From the NCBI GenBank assembly GCA_051294375.1, contig JBJCIZ010000768.1:1-24215 (forward strand): a stretch of DNA of 24,215 nucleotides, read 5' to 3'. This DNA comes from Paraspadella gotoi. Its lineage: Eukaryota > Animalia > Chaetognatha. Positions 12,431 through 22,276 of this stretch are shown here, piece after piece. Each line of letters begins with the position of its first letter. The stretch's first letter is position 1. The notes under the pieces are model-generated. The model was given only the letters and a program-made list of their open reading frames with translations, searched no databases and was not told the DNA's origin. A program made the translations under genes and the position numbers.

Positions 12431-13170
12431 TCATATCAGAATATCAAATTATAATAAATTGTTAAAAAAAAGTGATGTTCGTCCATCCCCCTTTAGCTTT
12501 GAACGCCAATTACTCATGATTGTATGAGGTGATTGACTTAAAATTTTGTATATGGGTAAAAAAATAGGTGATTAAGCTGGAAACCAAATTTCGATAGAAT
12601 CGTCCAAATGGAAATGAGTTTAAATGGAAAAAACAAAAAACCTGTTTTACTAATTGATTTTGCTTCTTTTTATATTAAATGTAAATACAAGATGTATTAA
12701 TTAATAAATTAATCAGTTAATCAATTAATTAGTCAAACAATCAATTATTCAATCAATGAATTTATTTATCGATTAGTTAATTATTCAATATTCAATCAAT
12801 CAATTTATTCATCAATTTATTAATTATTTACTCAATAAATCGATCAAATAAGTTATTCATCGTTATAAGCATTATTATCGTCGTCCCCATCATCGTTGCT
12901 TTTGTCATGGTCAAAGACGAAAAAACCTAAAAATATGTGGGATCAAATCAATTAACTAATTAATTAAATCAATTAATTACCGATAATAATCGTGAGCAGA
13001 TCTGGCATTGTTTATTCAAACTTGATTAAAAAAAAATTAAGGCTAAAATATTTTTTGTTTTTTTAACTGATTTTCAAAGTTTTTTAAAACGACTAATGAC
13101 AAATATTTTTAACCACTTGTTTTTCAGAACGCAATATAAGTTTGAAGAGTATCCTCTTTTTTTCATAGGA
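12431..13170 (+). repeat. Left arm of long inverted repeat (at least 740 bp)
   Basis: Reverse complement of 22277-23021 from tcatatcagaatatc to ttttcatagga, with few substitutions. It includes an internal aattaatcaat-type degenerate repeat (about 12700-12850). The outer end is undefined because the partner arm runs into a gap. Confidence 0.95.
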
Positions 13171-13906
13171 TCTCGCCTCGATTCGGACGCATGCCCGTAA
13201 ATAAATAGTATAAAAAATGGGCATATTTCGAAAAGCGTGGGCGTCTTGGAAGCCCTTGCCGGTGGAGCGCGAGATAAATTTGGTCACTGAAATAAGAAAG
13301 GGACCTAAAGTATGACTGGTTTTACCGGTTTTATTCTACCTCATCTTAGCACTTTATCGTTCTACTAATCATGTTTGATTATATTTTGACCTTTACACAT
13401 TCTGACAGATGGCGTCTTGCTAAGAAAGGTATCTAATTTGTTTATATTTTTGCAAGCTTGCTTGTTTAATTTAACAATCAAATTGAACTGCCTTTTCGGC
13501 CATTTATTTCGAACCGTAACGCCGATAGTATTTTTTTACTTTTTATATTCCCTTCGGCCGAGATTAGGCGTTTATTCTTCTGTTTCTGGGTGGGAGCGCA
13601 CAAAAAATTCAAGTGCTTTTTTAAAAAAATCCTAAGAAAAACCAAAGGGCTGTTGTTTCGATTAACATTTATATTGGACCCGAACGAGCATAATGACGCT
13701 ACCGCGAAATCCAAATCCGAAAAGCATGGACCTTCGACGAAGCAATTCGCGGTTTTTCCGAAAGAGAGGATTTTGGTGGCCTCGTTTGTTTTGAAACATT
13801 CTCTCCCGCCTTCCCGCTGTTTTTTTTAAAAATTGATTTTTTGAAATATAATATATATTCTGGGGTGTTTATCAAGTATTTTGTCTGAATTTTAAAAACG
13901 TGTGGA

Positions 13907-14101
13907 TGTTAGCGACCCGCCGGTCCGAAAAAAGTGACTATTGAACGTCGATTCTGCTCAAGCCACCAAATCATGCCCAAGCAATCTCTGGGGACTATCG
14001 AAGCATCTCGCCGGGATTGAGGGAGTTTCCTAAATATTTTTTCGAAATTCTCGGTCAAGGGGCGTTTTAGCGAGGAGGGACGGACCGGCGGGTCCTAACC
14101 A
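13907..14101. mobile_element. 195-bp MITE-like element with TGT...CA ends, ~20-bp TIRs and 4-bp TSD (Ginger-like MITE or tiny solo LTR)
   Basis: tgttag(c)gacccgccggtccg at 13907-13927 pairs with cggaccggcgggtcctaac(c)a at 14081-14101. Flanked by tgga at 13903-13906 and 14102-14105. A partial second copy at 17856-18008 ends ctaaca-tgga. Confidence 0.65.
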
Positions 14102-14369
14102 TGGATAATTTTCGTTCGCTTGAAGTTGGTATCATAACTGATTCATAACTGATGCAGTTTATATTCGTAGTTTTTATCATACTGTGCAACGACGGGAAAA
14201 ACCCGGCTACTGATTCTCTCTCTACTCTGTAAAATTTATTAAAATTTTTATTATTTGGTACAAATAAAGTTTAGATGTGGAATGAATTTTCAATTTATTT
14301 TCGTTTTTGTCGCTGGTCTCCCGTTAAATTTTTTTTAGTTATATTTTTTTTAATCTTCAACTGTTCGGA

Positions 14370-14437
14370 CTTCACTTCTCGCGTGACCCCCAACTCTCAG
14401 CGCCTCCACCTCGGCGCACTCAGCTTCGGTAACTCGC
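14370..14437 (+). repeat. Short ~15-bp minisatellite (ctctcggcgactc-like), copy A
   Basis: Repeated ctcggcg/ctcagc units; a longer version lies at 18272-18367. Confidence 0.6.
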
Positions 14438-14906
14438 GTTAATAAATTTTGGTTGAAATAGTTTATAGCGTGTCCCAATGCAATGCGTACTGTCTGTTAA
14501 CTTTTACATATCGTGCATATTTTAGAACCCGTGGTAAATTTATTTAAATGTAATTTTGATGGTAAAAATTTAAATAAGTGAATTAAAAAACTACTGTTAA
14601 GTGCCTCTCGGAAATCCCACGATAATAAATGCTTTTATTTTTTTCTCGCGAGGGACGTTCAAACAATAAAAATAATCAAATCATTTCTTTGGATTCGACA
14701 ACTCTTCTTCGCGGAGAAGAGAAACGGACAAAGGCATGACTCGGATATTGCCCGTCATCGTACCGACAGCCATAAGTCTGTAATGACCTAGTAACAGTTA
14801 TACAATTTTTAATCAATTTTTTCCTCGCCAAAATAACAATCAGTTATTTTAAATCAGTTCCCTAATTTTCCCTTTTTAATTTTTAAATTACGTTAGTAGT
14901 ATAAAA

Positions 14907-15126
14907 ATGGGTTACTTTTACTTTCGGCGACCGGGCGTTAGGGATGGGTTAGGGTTCAAGGTAGTTTAGGGGGGTTTTAGGGTTAGTGCGTGGCTTAGAG
15001 TTAAATGGTTAAGGGTAGGGCTAATTAGGGAATATTTTTTAATTTCGTTTTGCAAAAATGAATATTTTTAAATGTCCGTTTTTCAAAAGCGCTAAAACCC
15101 GGTCGGCGAAAGTAAAATTTAACCAT
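14907..15126. mobile_element. MITE-like element with ~29-bp TIRs and telomere-like (GGGTTA-like) core, copy A
   Basis: atgggttacttttactttcggcgaccggg pairs with cccggtcggcgaaagtaaaatttaaccat. Interior reads ttagggatgggttagggtt. TSD not resolved. Confidence 0.7.
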
Positions 15127-15198
15127 ACAAATTATGTATAAAATATTCTTTAATTGAATAAATTGTTTAAATTTTAATTTTATATAAAAATAAGTGCT

Positions 15199-15365
15199 TG
15201 AAGAGACAGTAATAATTGTTTATGAGTTAGTCACAGAGGAAACCGTCAAATTTAAAGCTGTCCTTAGCTTCAGATCAGGCCGTGTTAACACCATGTTACA
15301 GGCGGTAAGCGCCCTGGGTCCCTCTTAATTGTTAGGCAACCATCGGCTTGAACCCCGGACTATTG
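15199..15365 (-). mobile_element. Inverted fragment (3' part) of an LTR related to the TRIM LTRs, copy A
   Basis: Minus strand reads gtccgggg...ttaagagggac...gggcgctta...gcctgatctgaagct...tgtctcttca, matching the TRIM LTR through its CA terminus. The 5' third does not match. Confidence 0.75.
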
Positions 15366-15839
15366 CGGTAAGGAGGAAAATCAACAAAATGATTGCTATG
15401 ATAATGAATTAGTTTTACATCTGGTATAGGAGTAGTAGAAGCTTTTAAAAAAGGACAGTACTATTGTGACTCATTTGTATTATTATATGATATTGGTACA
15501 AGCAATATAATAATATCCATTCATTTAATAAATATTAAATAAGCTATCTGCTGCTATTGAACCGGCTTTTGGTGGTTTAAGGCTCCCATCACTCTTACAA
15601 GCTTCAATTCAAGTATTCACTTTTCAAAGCCCAGTCAGTTGTTAAACGCTCATGAATCAAAAATCCCTGTGAGTCAAAACTTGCTCTTTGATTTAAAAAA
15701 AATCATGTTGTTACCACAAACTTCATATATCTCTCTTAATATTTTTTTTTTTTTTTTTTTTTTTATGAAATCGTTGTTTTGCATTGAGAAAAAGTTTGAA
15801 TAGACAGATTAACGATTTATTTTAAGGTGTAGTGTACAT

Positions 15840-16494
15840 TAGAGGTGCGAGCACTCCAAGCAACAAAAAATTTATTTGAATGAATCGAACAATGATATTT
15901 AGATGTGAGATAGTATGATTAACTTAGTACAAAAATATATTTTGCTTCATTATTATCTCCGGGAACAGAATAGCTAAAATATAATATATTTGTTAGTAAT
16001 ATTCCTTATAAAATAGAAATTTTAAAAATAATTTTTATAAAACTTTTTATTAAAGATTCAGATTCTTCATAAAAAGTTGAATCCAAAAATATAAAACATG
16101 TTATCAAAAATTCTGTTATCTTCAATGGTTTAAAATAAGAAAAAAGGTGAAAATTCTTGACTTTTTATATCTCTGTAAGTTAGAAACTTATATATACCTA
16201 CAAACGTTTTAGTCATTTTTTTGTGATTTAAACATTTAAAAATATCAATTATAAACATATTTATAAAAGTTTTTAGTTTTTTACAGCGGAACTCTTAAAT
16301 CAGTTTCTTAAAAATTAAATAAAAATTATTTTGAAATTTGACGCATTTATTAAGGATATTAACTACAAAATAATTTGAATTTGCTATACTGTGATGCTAA
16401 AAATTTTTTAAAAGGATTTAAAATTCATTAATTATATGTCCATAGCAACAAAAAAAATAAGTTCAATCACTCAATCTTTTCACACTCCACCCTA
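15840..16494. mobile_element. Non-autonomous hAT (hATm-type) MITE, 655 bp
   Basis: 8-bp TSD gtgtacat at 15832-15839 and 16495-16502. Ends are tagaggtgcgag and ctccacccta (TAGGGTGGAG-like TIR). Absent from copies B (about 19685) and C (about 23322), which have a single gtgtacat. Confidence 0.9.
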
Positions 16495-16834
16495 GTGTAC
16501 ATGTTCGACTTTTAAATCAAGTCGTCATCAGCACTTATTGTTTAAAAATGAGCGAATGTTCAATAAAAAGTAAATTTGTGATCCCAAAAGTGTTTTTAAT
16601 TTTTTTAAACCTCCTTCTCTTATTGACAGTGGGCGTGGCCAGATCGTCAAACTCCTTGGAAATCTCTGCTACCAGATGAGGACATTGAGCCCAAACTTTC
16701 AAACCCTGATGATTCCCAGACAAGACGTCAAAATGCTTGGTAGGCAATCTTTAGCAACAACAAATACCTGCTGACTCTATTTACCTGCCCTGTCAAATGC
16801 ATTGTCAGTTTATTTATTATTGTTATTTAATATC

Positions 16835-17083
16835 TATGCGTGGGACAAAATCATACCAACCGTTCATCAGCGGCCATGGTTGCCGGAGGCAAGTCATTCG
16901 CCTCCAACCCAAAGGTCCGGGGCTTCTAGCCGGGTTGGTTCGGTCTGGCAGTTAAGAGGGACGGGGCGCTTAACCCGGGGGCCTGTAACTCGCGTGTCTG
17001 TACAGCCTGATCCGAAGTCAGGCGACTGCTTATTGAACGGTTCTGTCACTAAACTACATAACATTAATACTCGCGTCTCTTCA
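16835..17083 (+). repeat. TRIM 5' LTR
   Basis: tatgcgtgggac...gcgtctcttca. Confidence 0.9.
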
Positions 17084-17084
17084 T

Positions 17085-17097
17085 TGGTGAGCCCGAC
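17085..17097 (+). promoter_or_regulatory. Primer-binding site, tRNA-Trp type
   Basis: tggtgagcccgac one base after the LTR; one mismatch from TGGTGACCCCGAC, the complement of the eukaryotic tRNA-Trp 3' end. Confidence 0.8.
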
Positions 17098-17256
17098 TTC
17101 CGGAACACAACCACAACACTTTCAGCGCGACATGCCTCAACCTGGACGATGCACTTTCCGCCCAAACACATTCAGGCGACATGCCTCAAAACTGGCTGAC
17201 GAAACTTTCACAAACAACAACAATTCACTGAAGAGACGCAACAACTTCTTCCCTAC

Positions 17257-17268
17257 GGGAGCGGGGGA
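17257..17268 (+). promoter_or_regulatory. Polypurine tract
   Basis: gggagcggggga just upstream of the 3' LTR. Confidence 0.8.
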
Positions 17269-17270
17269 TG

Positions 17271-17521
17271 TATGGTGGGACTGAAAATTCTACCAACCGC
17301 TTCATCAGCTGGCCCTTGGTGCCGTGAGGGCAAGTCATTCGCCTCCCAACCACAAAGGTCCGGTGGTATCTAGCCCGGTGGCTCGTCTGGCAGTTTAGAG
17401 AGGGACGGGGCGCTTAAACGCGCCTAACATCGGTGTTACAGCCTGATCCGAAGCCTCAGGGACTGCGTTAATATGAACGTTCTTCCACTAAACTCATAAC
17501 CAATAATTACTTGTCTCTTCA
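17271..17521 (+). repeat. TRIM 3' LTR
   Basis: tatggtgggac...tgtctcttca. Confidence 0.9.
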
Positions 17522-17755
17522 TATCAGTAATTTTTCCTGTGTTCGCTTACAAGTTACTTGATCACAAATCTTCTTTAAAAAACTGCATAAAAAATTTATC
17601 TTTAAAAAATTAAAATGATAGTCAGCTGAATACACAAAAGGTAAAGATTAGTTATAGATTATATTAGATTACACGGCTTTTTTAACTCTTCTGACTCATA
17701 TATCTGATGTTGATGAAAAGATATGAAGAAGAGAATGTATCTGAATTCCTATATA

Positions 17756-17855
17756 NNNNNNNNNNNNNNNNNNNNNNNNNNNNNNNNNNNNNNNNNNNNN
17801 NNNNNNNNNNNNNNNNNNNNNNNNNNNNNNNNNNNNNNNNNNNNNNNNNNNNNNN
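17756..17855. other. Assembly gap (100 N)
   Basis: N run. Confidence 1.
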
Positions 17856-18271
17856 TTTGATCGTCGATCTGCTCAAGCCACCAAATCATGCCTTTAAAGA
17901 ATCTCTGGACTACCGAAGAATCTCGCCGGGGTTGAGGAGTTTCCTCAAATATTCTTCGAATATTCTCGGGGGCGTTTTAGGAGGATGACGGACCGGCGGG
18001 TCCTAACATGGATAATTTTCGTTCGCTTTAAGTTGGTTCCATAACTGGATTCATAACTGATGCAGTTTATATTCGTAGTTTTTATCATACTGTGGCAACG
18101 ATGGGAACCTGGCTCTTTCTCTCTCTGTTAAAATTTATTAAATTTTTATTATTTGCGTACAAATAAGTTTAGATGTGGAATGAATTTTTCAATTTATTTT
18201 CGTTTTTGTCGCCGTCTCCCTGTTAAATTTTTTTTAGTTATATTTTTTTTAATCTTCACCGTTTGGACTTT

Positions 18272-18367
18272 ACTCTCGGCGACCCAACTCCTAGCGCCTC
18301 CACTCTCGGCGACTCGGGTCTCGGAGATTCGGCGACTCAGCTCTCGGTAACTCTGCTCTCAGCAAAT
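18272..18367 (+). repeat. ~15-bp minisatellite, copy B
   Basis: actctcggcgacccaactcctagcgcctccactctcggcgactcgggtctcggagattcggcgactcagctctcggtaactc. Confidence 0.7.
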
Positions 18368-18800
18368 CGATTAATAAATTTTGTTGAAGGTTTATAGCGT
18401 GTCCCAATAGTACTGTCTGTTAACTTTTACATATTGTGCATATTTTAGAACCCATTGGTAAATTTATTTTGATGGTAAAAATTTAAATAAGTGAGATTAA
18501 AAACTACTGTTAAGTGCCTCTTGAAATCCCACGATATAAATGCTTTTATTTTTTTCTCGAGAGACGTTCAAACAATAAAAATAATCATGATTTCTTTGGA
18601 TTTGATCAATTTCTCTCGCGGAGAACGGAAAAGGCATGACTCGGATATTGCCCGTCATTGTATCGACAGCCATGGTCTGTAATGACCTAAGTAACAGTTA
18701 TACAATTTTTATCAATTTTTCCTCGCAAAACAATCAGTTTAATTTTAAATCAGTCCTAATTTTCCCTTTTTTAATTTTTAATTACGTTTTATATTAAAAA

Positions 18801-19015
18801 ATGGGTTACTTTTACTTTGCGGCGACCGGGTTAGGGATGGGTTAGGGTTAAGGTAGTTTAGGGGTGGTTTAGGGTTAGTGGTGGTTAGAGTTAAATGGGT
18901 TAAGGGTTAGGCTAATTAGGGAATATTTTTTTAATTTTTTTTGAAAATAAATATTTTTAAATGGTTTTCTAAAAGCCACTAAAACCGCGGTCGGCGAAAG
19001 TAAAATTTAAACCAT
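18801..19015. mobile_element. MITE-like element with telomere-like core, copy B
   Basis: Same TIRs as 14907-15126; gggttagggatgggttaggg at 18828-18847. Confidence 0.7.
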
Positions 19016-19085
19016 AACAAATTATGTATAGAAATATTTTATTGATATAAATTGTTTAAAATTTAATTTTATATAAAATAAGTGC

Positions 19086-19245
19086 TGAAGAGACAGTAAT
19101 TAATTGTTATGAGTTGTCACAGAACCGTTCAATTTAGCAGTCCTTGAGCTTCGGATCAGGCTGTAACACCATGTTACAGGCGGGTTTAAGCGCCCTGTCC
19201 CTCTTAATTGTTAGGCAACCATCGGGCTTGAACCCCGGACTTTGG
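19086..19245 (-). mobile_element. Inverted TRIM-related LTR fragment, copy B
   Basis: Begins tgaagagacag on + (reverse complement of the LTR end) and contains cttcggatcaggctgtaacacc, matching the 3' LTR. Confidence 0.75.
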
Positions 19246-20419
19246 GTAAGGAGGAAATCAACAAATGATTGCTATGATAATGAATTAGTTTTTAATCTGG
19301 TATAGGGTAGTAAGCTTTTAAAATGGCAGTTACTATTGTGACTCATTGTATTATTATATGATATGGTACAAGCAATATAATAATTATCCATTCATTAATA
19401 TTAAATAAGCTATCTTGCTGCTGACTTTGGACCGGCTTGTTGGTGGTTTAAGGCTCCCAGTCACTCTTACAAGCTTTCAATCAAGTATTCACTTTTCAGC
19501 CAGTCAGTTGTTAAACGCTCATGAATCAAAAATCCCTGTGAGTCAAAACTTGTTTGATTTAAAAAAATCATTGTTGTTACCACAAACTTCATATATCTCT
19601 CTCAATATTTTTTTTTTTTTGAAATCGTTTGTTTTGCATTGAGAAAAGTTTGAATAATAATTAACGATTTATTTTTAAGGTGTAGTGTACATGTTTCGAC
19701 TTTTAAATTCAAGTCGTCATCAGCACTATATTGTTTTTAAAAAATGGGCGAATGCTTCAATAAAGTATTTTGACTCCAAAGTGTTTTATTTTTTTTAAAT
19801 ACCTTCTCTTAGGACAGTGGGCGTGGCCAGATCCGTCAACTCCTTGGAAATCTCTGCTACAAGATGAGGACATGAGCCCAAACTTTCAACCCATGATATC
19901 CCAGACAAGACGTACAAAATGGCTTGGGTGGCAATCTTTAGCAACAACAAATACCGCTGACCTTATTTTACCTGCCCTGTCAATGATTGTCAGTTTATTT
20001 ATTATTGTTATTTAATATCATTAATTTTTTTTCCTTGTTTCCTTAAATTACTTGATCACAAAACTTTTAAAAATGCACTTAAAAATTTCTCTTTAAAAAT
20101 TAAATGATAGTCAAGCTAGACCACAGTTTTTTTCCGCAACAAATGGTCATAGAAACTTCGGAAAACCACCATTCGATTCGATGAAATCTTCTTTTCGTTT
20201 GGCTATATAATTAAATTAATTTTCTAAAAGGAATAAGTTTCGCTCTACCCGGCGAGTGAAAGCACTAGTTAACAACATCCAAATTGAACTTCGTTCTCAG
20301 TTACAATATTTATTATTTTTCGGATTATATTAGTTAATTATTAATTTTTCTGTGGACTGATAGTAGTTCATTTCTTGTGTTAATTTATTAAGAGTAAGCT
20401 TTTTTTACAAGACAGTCAT

Positions 20420-21773
20420 TAATCAGAACACTCGTTCTGCTACAGGGGCCGAGTTTCCTTCGTTTCCGAATTTTCGGTATTTGCAAGCTCTTATGCGAAC
20501 TTTCGACACCGCCGGCAGAACCACCAAAGGGCAGCGTATTTAACGGTTTCTTTGACATTTTTTTACGATCAGCCCAAAAACCAACGAGATAAAAATGACT
20601 GTTATGTCGTAAGCTCTTAGAATTAATTAACTTTGGAAACTGGGTGACGCCGGAATCCCTTTGCTTCACCTGAAATAATTCGGGAAGAACTAAGCGAAGA
20701 ACTAAGAAAAAAAAAATACAATGTCATAATTTTTAGTAGTATTAGATATGGTAGAGTAATTAGATAAATAATTATGGCACAAAATGCTTTTGTAGTTTGC
20801 AGATTTATTAGATGTAGAAATCAATTATCATTATATTGCCAAAGCACACTCATATTAAAATTAATATGAAGTCAGTTTTTGGGATTTTTCGGGTTTTTTT
20901 TTTTTTTTTTTGTCTTTCTTTTTCTTCGGCAAAGAAGCTCAACTTCACAATGACCAAAAAGCGCTAAGCACGACTCATCACGCTCGTTGGTGGCGGTAGC
21001 TGCCTCTACATTCTCAAAATGTGATCGTTGGTGATCTTTGTTTTGAGTCACCAGCAGAAATGGATGTCTTGGGTGATGTCTTATTACATTCTTGCTACAT
21101 TCAATTTTATTACTGGTTCTGCTGTCCATTCATGGCGGATGCCCATTACCTTACTTCTCCCTCATGAAGATTCTAATGCGTTGGCGTCAAGGGATCGCAA
21201 GGGGCCAGTGCGAACTAAGAAGATTATTTAGCATACCGATTCTTTCTGCGGCCACCTCGGTTATTTCGCTTTGGCTTCAAAAAAAGTCTCAACTCACTAG
21301 AATGTCGATGGCTAAGCCCTCTTGAGCTCTGAAAAGGTCCAAGTGAAATGGAGAAAGCCGGACAATACCTATTGTGTATATGAAAACAGCAAATTAGAAG
21401 AATTTCCCGTTTCGGCTGATTCATGTTTATTTTTCAGGTTTTTTGCAAGTATTTTATCAATAATTTTTATATTAATTATATCTAATTTCAATGACTATTA
21501 TAATTTATTACACAGCTTGTTCACTTTGAGCCATCTTTGTTGTCGAACTGTGGAAGAATGTAATGATAACGCCAACTACCACTATTTCTGCAAGCTTGTA
21601 AATGGATTTTCGCACTCAATGATGCTCGCGGAGAGGGTGGTTAATTTGCAAGTGATTACAATGGTTCCAATAACCCGTAAGTAAAATGCACATGAAGCAA
21701 TGCTTCAGGGCGTTGAAGAACATCGTCATCTCACCTAAGCCAAACAAGAGTGTCTCATGACTTCAAGTTTTAA
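20420..21773 (+). pseudogene. Frameshifted, centrally deleted hATm-type transposase
   Basis: N-terminal NTRSAT...DAGIPLL (20646-20666); THHARW...SCLYILKM (20973-21021); YWFCCPFMADAHYL; C-terminal NDA(A)ERVV.FASDYNG...AMLQGVEEHRH (21618-21730). From recall, these match the HHARWM and NDxAER motifs of hATm transposases. Confidence 0.85.
21438..21515 (+). other. Probable 78-nt intron in the transposase gene
   Basis: ag|gttttt...acacag|c, very AT-rich. Removing it joins DSCLFF-S-LF. Confidence 0.65.
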
Positions 21774-22276
21774 AGATTCAGTCACAATAACAACGCAGAA
21801 TATGTTTGCTTTTGCTGTCACTTTCATGAGAAGGATAAATTGGTTAAAAATATTAAAATTACACTTCCGTATATGTTGCTTAATACTTTTTATTAATTTT
21901 TAATAAATTACAACTACATCGGTTTTACATTCAATTTCATCCATAATGATTAAAAACATCACATAAGATCCCTTCAAACGTATTCAAAATATACGTCTAA
22001 ATCAATGGAATCTGCGCATGTGGAAACTTCGCGCGCGGGTCAAGCGAAATCTTTAAATAAGTTAATCATTAGCACATCATTCGAGAGAATTTTATTTCGA
22101 TCGGAATGGTGGTTTTCGAAGTTCTATGACCCATTGTGCGGAAAAAATGTGTCTAAAGTTAGTCAGTTGTTACACAGTTAATAGTTAGTTAGTCAGTTAT
22201 AGATATATTAGATACAGATTTTAATTAAGGCTTTTTTAACTAGTAGACCAATATCAGCGGGTAAAGAAAAATACAT

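Larger units (their letters stand above)
16835..17521 (+). mobile_element. TRIM (miniature non-autonomous LTR retrotransposon), probably Ty3/gypsy CsRn1-type
   Basis: Two ~250-bp direct repeats (16835-17083, 17271-17521) end in ctcttca and enclose a 187-bp non-coding interior with PBS and PPT. 4-bp TSD tatc at 16831-16834 and 17522-17525. Empty site tttaatatcattaa in copies B and C. Confidence 0.92.
13944..17690 (+). repeat. Interior copy A of the long-TIR element
   Basis: Colinear with 17856-22276 and 23122-23844. Carries the hAT MITE and the TRIM; has the empty site gatagtcagctg for the 2-kb hATm element. Confidence 0.9.
20117..22155 (+). mobile_element. Internally deleted hAT (hATm-type) DNA transposon, about 2.04 kb
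   Basis: TIRs of about 70 bp start TAGAC (tagaccacag...ttccgcaac...ggtcatagaaacttcggaaaaccaccattc vs gaatggtggttttcgaagttctatgacccattgtgcggaaaaaatgtgtcta). Absent from copies A and C. Transposase remnants inside. TSD only approximate (tagtca(a)g). Confidence 0.88.
17856..22276 (+). repeat. Interior copy B of the long-TIR element
   Basis: Colinear with copy A. Lacks the hAT MITE and the TRIM; carries the 2-kb hATm element. Confidence 0.9.

Noticed and set aside
14933-15030. True telomere or telomere-fusion relic
   Set aside because: Short, degenerate and enclosed by TIRs within a repeat.
16802-17284. 160-aa ORF across the TRIM
   Set aside because: Starts outside the element, runs through LTR and PBS, and has no gag/pol motifs.
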